NCBI GenBank assembly: GCA_042577865.1
Contig: JBHPDN010000004.1
Location: forward strand, 1-52,922
Direction: 5' to 3'
Length of the DNA stretch: 52,922 nt
Source: Nanobdellota archaeon
GTDB lineage: Archaea; Nanobdellota; Nanobdellia; Woesearchaeales; JAGLXL01
How positions within the stretch are numbered: position 1 is the stretch's first letter; every line of letters begins with the position of its first letter. Position numbers and translations under genes: made by a program. Below the pieces are notes generated by a model. The model searched no databases, had not been told where the DNA came from, and saw only the letters and a program-made list of their open reading frames with translations. Positions 1 to 7,932 of this stretch are shown here, piece after piece.

Positions 1-1
1 A

Positions 2-439
2 ATTTTGTTAAGGGAAAAGAATAAGAAAAATCTTGTCAGAAAAATTGACCAAATTAAAAACAAAGGTTTTTTAGTTTTAGTTAAGGCTGGCGAGGATGAT
101 TTGAATCGTTTTGTTTTGGAAAAGACTCGGGCAGATATTATTTTTGATTTGGAATTATTACCAAGAAAAGATGCGATGCATTACCGGCGCAGCGGTCTAG
201 ACCAGGTTAAATGCAAAATCGCAGCTGAGAAAAAGAAGACGATTGGATTTAATTTTTGGTCTCTTGTTCAAGAATCAAAATTTTTAGGCAGACTTAAACA
301 AAACCTGAAGTTTTGCAGTAAATATAATGTGGCTTATCTTTTAGGAAGTTTTGCAGACAAACCTGAATTGATGAGAAGTCCCAACGAACTGCAGTCTTTT
401 TTGAGAAGTTTGAACCAGCCAATAAAGAAAAGTATTTAA
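2..439 (+). CDS. RNase P protein component 3 (Rpp30/Rnp3-like), C-terminal part; the 5' end lies off the window
   Basis: The reading frame is open from the window edge. The translation (ADIIFDLELLPRKDAMHYRRSGLDQVKCKIAAEKKKTIGFNF...KYNVAYLLGSFADKPELMRSPNEL) follows the RNase_P_p30 pattern, ending in S-x-A...ELRSP. Motif recall only. Confidence 0.5.
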   Translation: MLLREKNKKNLVRKIDQIKNKGFLVLVKAGEDDLNRFVLEKTRADIIFDLELLPRKDAMHYRRSGLDQVKCKIAAEKKKTIGFNFWSLVQESKFLGRLKQNLKFCSKYNVAYLLGSFADKPELMRSPNELQSFLRSLNQPIKKSI

Positions 440-475
440 TTGATTATTGTTTAAATTAAGTAAAAAGAGGTGGAG

Positions 476-1414
476 ATGGTTAATCAGCAATTAATTGACT
501 ATATTAGGAGACAATTGGCTCAAGGTTACAATACTCAATCAGTAAGAGCCATGCTTCTGAGATCTGGTTATTTACCAGCTGATATTGCTGTGGCTTTTAA
601 TTATATTTCTGGACCAACTCCCCAACCAAAAAAGAAATTCAATTTTTTGATTATTGGTATTGTTTTAGTGGTTTTAGTGGTGGCAGCTGCTTTGTTTTTA
701 ATTTTCTTTTTCAGCGGCGAAGAAGAAGATTTAGTTAAAGAATTAAGGTTACAAATTACTTTGGATGAAAACCAATTTGAATCTGGTGAAACTATTTCTT
801 TTGACCTTAGAATTACAAATGCAGGCCAGCGCCAAGAATTTGATATAAGATTAGAAAGTGCAATTTTGGATGGGAGTGGAAGAGAACAGCAAATGGTTGA
901 ACAGGATTTGATTTTGAGGGAATCACAAATGACCTTGGCGGCGACTGAAGAGATTGTTATTCCTTCAGATTTATCTTCTGGAACTTATACTTTGAGAAGT
1001 GAAATTTTTTATGACAGCAAATCAGCAGAGAGCAAGAAGAGTTTTTTTATCATTGAAGATGATGTAGTGGTTGTTACTGATGTGGGTGTTGGTGATACAA
1101 CTCCTACTGTTGTAGTGCTTAGCATCACTGAGCTTGATTTGGAAAGAATTGAATCTATCAAAGAGATAGCTCAGTCTGATTGGGTCCAAGCAAAAGAATT
1201 TTGTCTTGCCAGATTAGAAAGTTCAGAGGCTAAAGATAGATGTTTACGAGAAATTGCTTTGGATTTAAACAATGCCCAACCTTGTGTGGACATATCTGAT
1301 GAAGGAGAAAAAGACACCTGTTTTTTTAATGTAGCTCGAGGTTTAGAAGATTATTCTCTTTGTGCTCAAATCAGCAAAACTGATTTAAGAAAAACCTGTG
1401 AAATGTTTGGGTAA
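476..1414 (+). CDS. Single-pass membrane protein with a cytoplasmic N-terminal helical domain and an extracellular domain ending in periodic Cys repeats
   Basis: The ORF is 470..1414. ATG 476 is preferred because the SD-like AGAGGTGG lies at 465-472. TM segment FNFLIIGIVLVVLVVAAALFLIFFF. The C-terminus carries alternating C-x11-C / C-x13-C spacing (CLARLESSEAKDRC, CLREIALDLNNAQPC, CVDISDEGEKDTC, CFFNVARGLEDYSLC, CAQISKTDLRKTC). Confidence 0.7.
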   Translation: MVNQQLIDYIRRQLAQGYNTQSVRAMLLRSGYLPADIAVAFNYISGPTPQPKKKFNFLIIGIVLVVLVVAAALFLIFFFSGEEEDLVKELRLQITLDENQFESGETISFDLRITNAGQRQEFDIRLESAILDGSGREQQMVEQDLILRESQMTLAATEEIVIPSDLSSGTYTLRSEIFYDSKSAESKKSFFIIEDDVVVVTDVGVGDTTPTVVVLSITELDLERIESIKEIAQSDWVQAKEFCLARLESSEAKDRCLREIALDLNNAQPCVDISDEGEKDTCFFNVARGLEDYSLCAQISKTDLRKTCEMFG

Positions 1415-1416
1415 GG

Positions 1417-1425
1417 TTTATAAAT
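1417..1425 (+). promoter_or_regulatory. Archaeal TATA box TTTATAAAT; centre about 29 nt upstream of ATG 1450 (leaderless or near-leaderless)
   Basis: Exact TTTATAAAT. The same 9-mer recurs at 5382, 7892 and 38459. Confidence 0.5.
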
Positions 1426-1449
1426 CAATAGTGGTTAATTAAACTAAAA

Positions 1450-4400
1450 ATGAAAAAGAGGTTGTTGGTGGTTTGGTTAGTAATTTGTTTATTCTTAGCT
1501 GTGGTTCTTGTTCAAGGAATTGATTTACAAGAACAATTAATGTGTGGGGGTCCTTGTCCATCATCAGGAGAGGCTCCAAGCCAAATTGTGGCTCCACCCT
1601 TCCAAGGTAGTTTTATTATTCCAAAACAGTGTAATACAAATTCACCTTCAGAATTACCTTCTTGGGTGGGTTGGACTGATTTGAGTGCCAACCAAACCTT
1701 ATGTGAAGCCTTTAATTTTGATTATGATATTGATATGTTGGGTGACCGGTGCTGTGCTAACCATCAATTAGGTGCTTTGGCCCAGAGAGTTGGGGGAACG
1801 GCCGATGCCTTTCTCTGCTGGTATGATGATGTTGCTGACGAATATGTTTGGTTGAATGCCAGAGACGAACCTTTTGACCCTAAAGAAATAGATTGTTTTG
1901 ACCAGGCTGGCTGGAATTATGGTTATGTTTCTAATACTGAACAATGGTTTAAATGTGATCCAAATGGGATTGGCAATGGAATCAGTTCGGCTGGTTTATT
2001 GAGATTGTATGATAGGGCTCAAGCATCTCAATTTATATGTGCTCAAATGCAAGATTCATATCAGTTTGTGGAGTGCTGTGATGATTCTTTTGGTGATGAA
2101 AGAGCATGTTCATCAAGCGACACCAATCTTCAGAGAAGCCCGGGGGACAGAATTAATTTGGTCTCTGACGGAACTTCCTTTACGATGATGGACATCATAG
2201 ATATTTTTCCAGACCCCCATAATGTTAAACTAATCCAGGCTAAGAATTGGCAAGGTATGTCTGAATTGGAAATTGTTTTTTGGATGGATAAAAGTTATGA
2301 TGTTTATATTAGATTGATGGGTGATGAAGGAATTGCTGGAGAAAGAGAACTTTTGTTCCAAGACAAACTGATTAATTATGTTGACAATGAAATTGGTATT
2401 GACCAACCAAGATGGATGCGAGCCACCATCCCAATTTACGAATGGAGATATGTGGACGGCTTTCAATTTTACTTTGAAACTTTGGATGAAAATCAAACTC
2501 CTAATAATGTTTTTATTGGCAAGGCTTTTTTGAAACCAACCCAACAATCGACGACAGATTTGAAATACTGTTCTGGTACAAGATATCATCCTGGTCGTGT
2601 GCCCAATTTATGGATTGATGATTTAGACAATAATGGTCTAGGCAATGAAGATTATGAACCAGCTGGTCAAGTAGCTTGTGATGAAAATGGTTATGACTGG
2701 ACAGGAACCCAATGTTGTGGAAATGACGGAAAGGAAACAATTATTGATGACAATGGGGCCTGTTTGGATGGTGTTTTTTTAGCTGATGGTGATACTATGG
2801 CTGAGGTCAGTTATTCGCTAGCTTACAATGAAGGTAAAACAGTTATGGCTCCTGAACCTTTGTCATATTCTTTAACTTTGTCCTGGACAGATTTTTATCA
2901 AAAAGAAGATGTGGTTTCTCAACCCAGGTGGAGCGATAAATGTCCATTACCCTTACCGACTTGGAGTAATCCATTCCCATCACCATTATATTGTTATGCT
3001 GGACAATTTCAAGGCGGTCCTTGGACTTTGAGCTGCCCTTCAGACCAACATATCACTGGATTTGATACTGATTTAGCTGGACTTTCCCAAACCAATTCCC
3101 GATGGCAAGCTTGCCTTTATCATGGTAGTGATAATGTGGTTGGTTGTGTTGGAAATGACCCTCCTGAAGGTTGGGTGGGAATGTTGTCTGGAGCAATTTG
3201 GGCTGTCTTTGGTTTCAGCTCCTTTAGTTTTGAAGATATTCAAGATCTCAAAAATCTAAGGTCTGATGATTTCGAATTTTTATTAGACTTATCTGGTGGC
3301 AGAGAGCCAATAGGATGGTTTGAGAGTATAGGTATTGATGTGGAGGGAGGAGTAGAATGGACTGATGATCTTTTAGATCTAATGTTAACTCATTCATCAT
3401 CTCCGAGAGGAGGTTATGTTTCATGGATGAGTTGGAATACGGGCATTTGGTCCTCCACTTCAACTCGCTGGAATGGTGATTTAATATTACATTGTGGAAA
3501 AGATGTATCTCAAACCAAACAAATTTCTGGAACAATTGATTTCACATCTCCAAGAAAGGTTGAAGTAAGCGAAATCATCGGAAGAGACTGGAAAATTGGA
3601 ACTTTAATTACAGTATCCCCTCCTGCTGACCCTAATGTCCAAGTTTATTTTAAAAGTAAGGGGTTGGGACAAGCCGACAGTCTAGAAACTTGGGATTTTA
3701 ATGATACTCTGATTATTAGAACTGATGTGGCAAATGATGAATCTGATACAAGAGAAGAACAAGATAATTTTGTTTTCAAATGTTTTGACAATGAGTGTTG
3801 GTTGCCTTTGGTGGGTGAGCCACCTTACACTGTGGAAAATTTACAACCTGATGATTATGATCTTTATTTTGTTGGCGGAACTGGCGAAGTTTTGATTGAC
3901 CAAAGAAAACAATTTGATGAAAAAGGAATCTTGCAAGCCAGAAGAGTCACTCAAAAATCAATCTATTCTAATGGTTCATTTTATGGATGTCAAATTAATG
4001 ACTCCAACTTAGTTGGTAGGGATTATTGCGATGCAGTGGGTGAAAGATTTTGTTCTTATGATGTGGGCTGGAGCAATGAAGACAGCGGCAGTTCTGTTGC
4101 TGCTGAGAGAAACATGACTAGTTTGGCGTCACCTGGAGCCAATGCTTCAGAAGAAGGTTATGTTGACCGCAATTGCTGTGCTCCTGAGGACTGCTGGAGT
4201 GGTCTTGAATGTGTGGGCAACATGAAATATGATGCTAATTTGCAGCCAATCAATGGTTATGCTTGTATTGATGGCGAATGGGAATTTTCACCTTTGTTGC
4301 ATACTTGGGATTGGTTAGGGACTGGTTATTGCGGCTACCAACAATGTTTAGTCAATGCTAATGGCAATCCTAATTTGAATAGTGACCCACAATCATTTTT

Positions 4401-5361
4401 TACAGAATATCCTGACAGGCCAAGATGTATTGTCAGTGAAGAATCTATTTTAGATAATTATTGTGCCAACGGCACTTGGGAAAGCCGGACCAAACAAGTT
4501 GCTTTAGAATTATTAAAATTAGTCAATAAAACCGGCGATTCAAATGATTATACCTTGCATTGTGATTATTACAATACTTCCTTGCCTTCAAGTATTTGGT
4601 CATCTACTGATTTCTTGAATTATGCAGAAGGAAGATTTGACAGCCAGCAAGGAGATGTTGTCTGTGACGGCCTAAGAGTTGGAGACCATTGCATCAATAA
4701 CTTTTGTGTTATGGCTTACAATCATCAAACTGAAGGAAGAAAAATCTTATTGGCAACTTCATCAAATGTACCAATCAACAGTTCATGGAGCATCTTGAAT
4801 TGGTTGTTCCCTGGTTTGGGCAGACAGAATTATTGTGATAGTCTTTCTGGTGACGGAACTTTCCAAAAATGCAGCAATGATGATAATGTTTGGTATGCTT
4901 TAGGTTTGAATTCGATTGTTTATACACAAGACGGTGTTGATATGGAAGGCCTGTCATTTTTTGATTACATCTTTATTTGGTTGAGAGATCCGATTCAAAA
5001 TATCATTGATTGGATTACTGGAGAAGAAAAACCAAACTATGTCCAAGAGAACTATGACTTTACAGAAAGAGTGGTTAAGTTCAATAGATTCTACAACCAG
5101 GCTAAGCCAGGAAAATACAGGGTGGCAGTAGTAGAAGAAGTAGGATTAAATCAAACAATCTTGGCCAGTTATTATAATTACACTGGTAATGTTTGTGATT
5201 ATGTCGGCAATTTAGCTAATGGTTTGAATATTGTTATGAATACAGCCAACAGCGGTGTCTTTTGCAACCAGACTGGCAATGACTATCGTGTGGTTATCAG
5301 TAATCCAAATGCTTTTGGTTTATGGGCCAGCCTGACCAATTATTTCCCGATTGCTGGTTAA
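1450..5361 (+). CDS. Giant secreted Cys/Trp-rich protein (1303 aa), family not recognised
   Basis: Sec-type signal MKKRLLVVWLVICLFLAVVLVQG and no later hydrophobic anchor. Recurrent CC dipeptides (RCCANH, ECCDD, QCCGNDG, NCCAPEDC) and many N-x-S/T sequons. A TATA at 1417-1425 lies about 29 nt upstream of the ATG. Confidence 0.85.
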   Translation: MKKRLLVVWLVICLFLAVVLVQGIDLQEQLMCGGPCPSSGEAPSQIVAPPFQGSFIIPKQCNTNSPSELPSWVGWTDLSANQTLCEAFNFDYDIDMLGDRCCANHQLGALAQRVGGTADAFLCWYDDVADEYVWLNARDEPFDPKEIDCFDQAGWNYGYVSNTEQWFKCDPNGIGNGISSAGLLRLYDRAQASQFICAQMQDSYQFVECCDDSFGDERACSSSDTNLQRSPGDRINLVSDGTSFTMMDIIDIFPDPHNVKLIQAKNWQGMSELEIVFWMDKSYDVYIRLMGDEGIAGERELLFQDKLINYVDNEIGIDQPRWMRATIPIYEWRYVDGFQFYFETLDENQTPNNVFIGKAFLKPTQQSTTDLKYCSGTRYHPGRVPNLWIDDLDNNGLGNEDYEPAGQVACDENGYDWTGTQCCGNDGKETIIDDNGACLDGVFLADGDTMAEVSYSLAYNEGKTVMAPEPLSYSLTLSWTDFYQKEDVVSQPRWSDKCPLPLPTWSNPFPSPLYCYAGQFQGGPWTLSCPSDQHITGFDTDLAGLSQTNSRWQACLYHGSDNVVGCVGNDPPEGWVGMLSGAIWAVFGFSSFSFEDIQDLKNLRSDDFEFLLDLSGGREPIGWFESIGIDVEGGVEWTDDLLDLMLTHSSSPRGGYVSWMSWNTGIWSSTSTRWNGDLILHCGKDVSQTKQISGTIDFTSPRKVEVSEIIGRDWKIGTLITVSPPADPNVQVYFKSKGLGQADSLETWDFNDTLIIRTDVANDESDTREEQDNFVFKCFDNECWLPLVGEPPYTVENLQPDDYDLYFVGGTGEVLIDQRKQFDEKGILQARRVTQKSIYSNGSFYGCQINDSNLVGRDYCDAVGERFCSYDVGWSNEDSGSSVAAERNMTSLASPGANASEEGYVDRNCCAPEDCWSGLECVGNMKYDANLQPINGYACIDGEWEFSPLLHTWDWLGTGYCGYQQCLVNANGNPNLNSDPQSFFTEYPDRPRCIVSEESILDNYCANGTWESRTKQVALELLKLVNKTGDSNDYTLHCDYYNTSLPSSIWSSTDFLNYAEGRFDSQQGDVVCDGLRVGDHCINNFCVMAYNHQTEGRKILLATSSNVPINSSWSILNWLFPGLGRQNYCDSLSGDGTFQKCSNDDNVWYALGLNSIVYTQDGVDMEGLSFFDYIFIWLRDPIQNIIDWITGEEKPNYVQENYDFTERVVKFNRFYNQAKPGKYRVAVVEEVGLNQTILASYYNYTGNVCDYVGNLANGLNIVMNTANSGVFCNQTGNDYRVVISNPNAFGLWASLTNYFPIAG

Positions 5362-5381
5362 TTAATATATTAACCAAAAAG

Positions 5382-5390
5382 TTTATAAAT
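5382..5390 (+). promoter_or_regulatory. TATA box TTTATAAAT; centre about 30 nt upstream of ATG 5416
   Basis: Exact repeat of the 9-mer in the intergenic region after the 1303-aa gene. Confidence 0.5.
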
Positions 5391-5415
5391 TCTTTTTTGT
5401 TTAATTCATTAACAG

Positions 5416-5664
5416 ATGGTTAAAAACGAGGAATTGGTTTTATTTTGGTATGATTTAACTTCTCTGAAAGCTTCTCAAAAAGTAAGATTTGTTTATACAT
5501 TAAAAGGAAGAAAAGGAGAAATAGGTCTGATAGAAAGGTTTGGTGGAGAATTTTTGGTCAATGGTTGTTTTATGCTGCCAATGGAAAAAGAAAGGGAAAT
5601 GAAAGATGTGTTTAAGTTTTGGAAAGTCAAATTCAAAAGTAAAAAGATTGTAGTTGTAAAATGA
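5416..5664 (+). CDS. Small cytoplasmic protein (82 aa), unknown function; beta-alpha-beta-beta-alpha-beta-like pattern
   Basis: A TATA at 5382-5390 lies about 30 nt upstream of the ATG. The stop overlaps the next start (ATGA at 5661-5664). No signal peptide or TM. The LVLFWYDL...KVRFVYTLKG...GCFMLP pattern is only loosely Cas2/VapD-like. Confidence 0.55.
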   Translation: MVKNEELVLFWYDLTSLKASQKVRFVYTLKGRKGEIGLIERFGGEFLVNGCFMLPMEKEREMKDVFKFWKVKFKSKKIVVVK

Positions 5665-7886
5665 AAAAAAGACACCGATTAAACAAGTTTAATCTGGCCT
5701 TTTATAAAAATAAAGGGGGCCAAATAACAATGTTTATTTTATTAGGAATAGTTGTTTTGATAATCTTTGTTTTCTTATTTTACTTAATCAGTTCTGGAAT
5801 AAGCCAGCGATTGGAAACTCAGAGGCAGCAAACTATAATTACTGCATTGGAAGCCAGTTCGATAGATTATTTGACTGGGGAGTGCGCTGTTGATGCCTTG
5901 AAATCTGGTTTGATTTTGATTGGGCAACAAGGCGGCTGGATTTATGAAGAGCAAGGTGGTTTCGACACACCTTTCTTGACTAATTTTAACGGTTCCAATA
6001 TCAGTTATGATGTGAGCTATAACGAGCAAGATCCTAAGGGAGTTAATTTGGCACCGGTTTATCCTTGTCCGCTGCTTTTTTTAACTGATGAACCACGTTT
6101 TTGTGAGTTCCCTTATTACAGCGGTCGGGTTAATTTTGGAAATAGATGGCTGCCTGATTTAGAAGGGGGAGGGGTTTTGACAATCAAAAGACAGCTTGAA
6201 AATTACATCCAAGATTATGTTCAAGACTGCACTGATTTTGAATCGTTAGTCCAGGAAGAAGGGTTAGCTGGTTATGACATTACTTGGGATGAGCCCCAGG
6301 TTCAGGTAATCTTTGGGTTAGATAATATTAGAGTAATTCTTGATTATCCTATCAATGTTATGATCGGAGATGAAGAACCAATTCACCATTTACTTGGTTT
6401 TAAAGCCAAAGAAGAAATAAATTTCCGAGGCATTTACAATTTAGTAAGAGAAGTTTTGGACAAAGATAATAATCTGGCTGATTTTGATATAAGTCAAAAC
6501 ATTTCCCAAGAAAATCTTTGGCGGGCTGGAGAAATGATTTTTGAAGAACACCGATTTGATAACGGAGATGTTTTTATTTTGGAAGACTCCACCACCCAAA
6601 TTTATGGAAATGATTATATCTTTCAATGGGCCAGACAAAACAGGCCGCCGGTTTTGTATTACATAGCCAATAATGCTTCTGAATTAGATCCTTATGATTT
6701 TTTAGTAATTGAAGGTGAAAAGATTGAGATGATTGCCGAGGGAGCAGACCCTGATGAAGATTTGATTAATTTTAGTTTTGACGGCGGTTCCTTGGGAAGT
6801 TTTGATGGCAATATTTTTGAAAAAAATTCAACCAATCTATCTCAGTGGCCAGCTTATAATGTAACAGTTGAAGTACATGATTGGGTTTGGACTGATGAGC
6901 AAAGAGTAAGACTGTTTGTAGATAGAGTTTTAGAACCAGCCTTTACAATTTACAGTTATCCTGAAATTGGAGATGGTTTTATTTCAGTTGAAGATCCTGT
7001 TTATTTGAATGCCAGTCCAACACTTAAATCCCTAGCGCCAAATACACCACACAGTTATTACTGGGAATATTGGGGGCCAGAGGTTGGAACTGGTTTGTTA
7101 GAATATTTTGAAATCGGGGCTGATTCAGAATGTATGGTGGTGCCTGGATTTGAAAATTGTTCTGTTGGAGATTTTGATATATTGAATATAAGGGGCCAGC
7201 ATTTTAATGAGTCTGGTGACACAACCATGTTTTTGACAGTAACTGCTCATTACAGTGACAGGGTTCAAGAGGTAAAAATCCAGAGAGATGTAACTGTCAA
7301 GGAATGTCTGCCTTTAAGAAGTTCCAGTCCTCCTTATCCATATAATATCACAGATCCGTTTTTGTCAGACCACAGTTGTTGCTTGGGAAATGTGGATCAA
7401 CCTCATACCTGGCAACTGGCCAATTCAAGCACAGTTTGTTACAGCCAGAGTGAAAACTGTACAGCGAATCATCCTAAAACAACCAAAGCCACCAATCGTC
7501 ATTGTGATGGTTTGAGAGGAAATACATGTACTGGTGATTTGGATGTAGTGAGCACTTGTGGTTATAATGATTGGACTAATTGTTTTAACATTAATGATAA
7601 TTGTGAAGGTCTTGGTGCTTACCAATATTCTGATGAAGATGAAGGTTGGTGTTATGGAGCAGAAGGCTGCGGCAGTTTCTGCACTCAAGAAGTTGTAGCT
7701 CCTGTGGGTATGAATGGAACTATTGCTTTGAGCCAATTAAACAGTAGTTTTGAATGTGGTTGTGATGTGGGTAATATGGACCAATATTGTGATGATGATT
7801 ATGATGGTGATTTTGAGAAACAATGTCAAAGGCATGGCGGACCTTTTACTTACTATTATAGTTGTGATGAGGTGAGCCAGAGTTAA
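5661..7886 (+). CDS. Prepilin-like N-terminus fused to a roughly 700-aa sequon-rich ectodomain with a Cys-rich C-terminal module (candidate large pilin-anchored adhesin)
   Basis: N-terminus ...FYKNKGG|QITMFILLGIVVLIIFVFLFYLI (charged, G|Q, hydrophobic helix). The C-terminal roughly 190 aa is packed with Cys (SCCLGN, CTGDLDVVSTCGYNDWTNC, CGCDVGNMDQYCDDDYDGD). There are many N-x-S/T sequons. Confidence 0.8.
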   Translation: MKKRHRLNKFNLAFYKNKGGQITMFILLGIVVLIIFVFLFYLISSGISQRLETQRQQTIITALEASSIDYLTGECAVDALKSGLILIGQQGGWIYEEQGGFDTPFLTNFNGSNISYDVSYNEQDPKGVNLAPVYPCPLLFLTDEPRFCEFPYYSGRVNFGNRWLPDLEGGGVLTIKRQLENYIQDYVQDCTDFESLVQEEGLAGYDITWDEPQVQVIFGLDNIRVILDYPINVMIGDEEPIHHLLGFKAKEEINFRGIYNLVREVLDKDNNLADFDISQNISQENLWRAGEMIFEEHRFDNGDVFILEDSTTQIYGNDYIFQWARQNRPPVLYYIANNASELDPYDFLVIEGEKIEMIAEGADPDEDLINFSFDGGSLGSFDGNIFEKNSTNLSQWPAYNVTVEVHDWVWTDEQRVRLFVDRVLEPAFTIYSYPEIGDGFISVEDPVYLNASPTLKSLAPNTPHSYYWEYWGPEVGTGLLEYFEIGADSECMVVPGFENCSVGDFDILNIRGQHFNESGDTTMFLTVTAHYSDRVQEVKIQRDVTVKECLPLRSSSPPYPYNITDPFLSDHSCCLGNVDQPHTWQLANSSTVCYSQSENCTANHPKTTKATNRHCDGLRGNTCTGDLDVVSTCGYNDWTNCFNINDNCEGLGAYQYSDEDEGWCYGAEGCGSFCTQEVVAPVGMNGTIALSQLNSSFECGCDVGNMDQYCDDDYDGDFEKQCQRHGGPFTYYYSCDEVSQS

Positions 7887-7891
7887 AAACA

Positions 7892-7900
7892 TTTATAAAT
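7892..7900 (+). promoter_or_regulatory. TATA box TTTATAAAT upstream of the giant surface-protein operon
   Basis: Exact 9-mer. It is too close to ATG 7906 (6 nt) and lies 37 nt from ATG 7933. Confidence 0.45.
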
Positions 7901-7932
7901 CAAAAATGGTTTTAAAAGGGAAGTACAAAAAA

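Noticed and set aside
2230-4957. Minus-strand ORFs inside the 1303-aa gene (2230..2589, 2513..2740, 3248..3535, 4775..4957)
   Set aside because: They are antisense shadow ORFs wholly inside a long, compositionally coherent coding frame. Their translations are low-complexity (rich in I/N/F/H/L) and they have no promoter or SD context.
5416-5664. Cas2/VapD-like identity of the 82-aa ORF, as a hint of a CRISPR or toxin system
   Set aside because: Only a loose secondary-structure-like pattern and a YDL motif support it. There is no CRISPR array, cas1 or other cas gene anywhere in the window. It is kept as a hypothetical protein.
5493-7736. Minus-strand ORFs 5493..5675, 5784..6029, 6441..6638 and 7425..7736
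   Set aside because: They overlap plus-strand genes with far better coding signals and are typical AT-rich antisense ORFs.
7906-7932. ATG 7906 as the start of the giant protein
   Set aside because: The TTTATAAAT box ends 6 nt before this ATG, so it would lie upstream of the expected transcription start. ATG 7933 gives a clean Sec-type signal peptide. The call is not certain.
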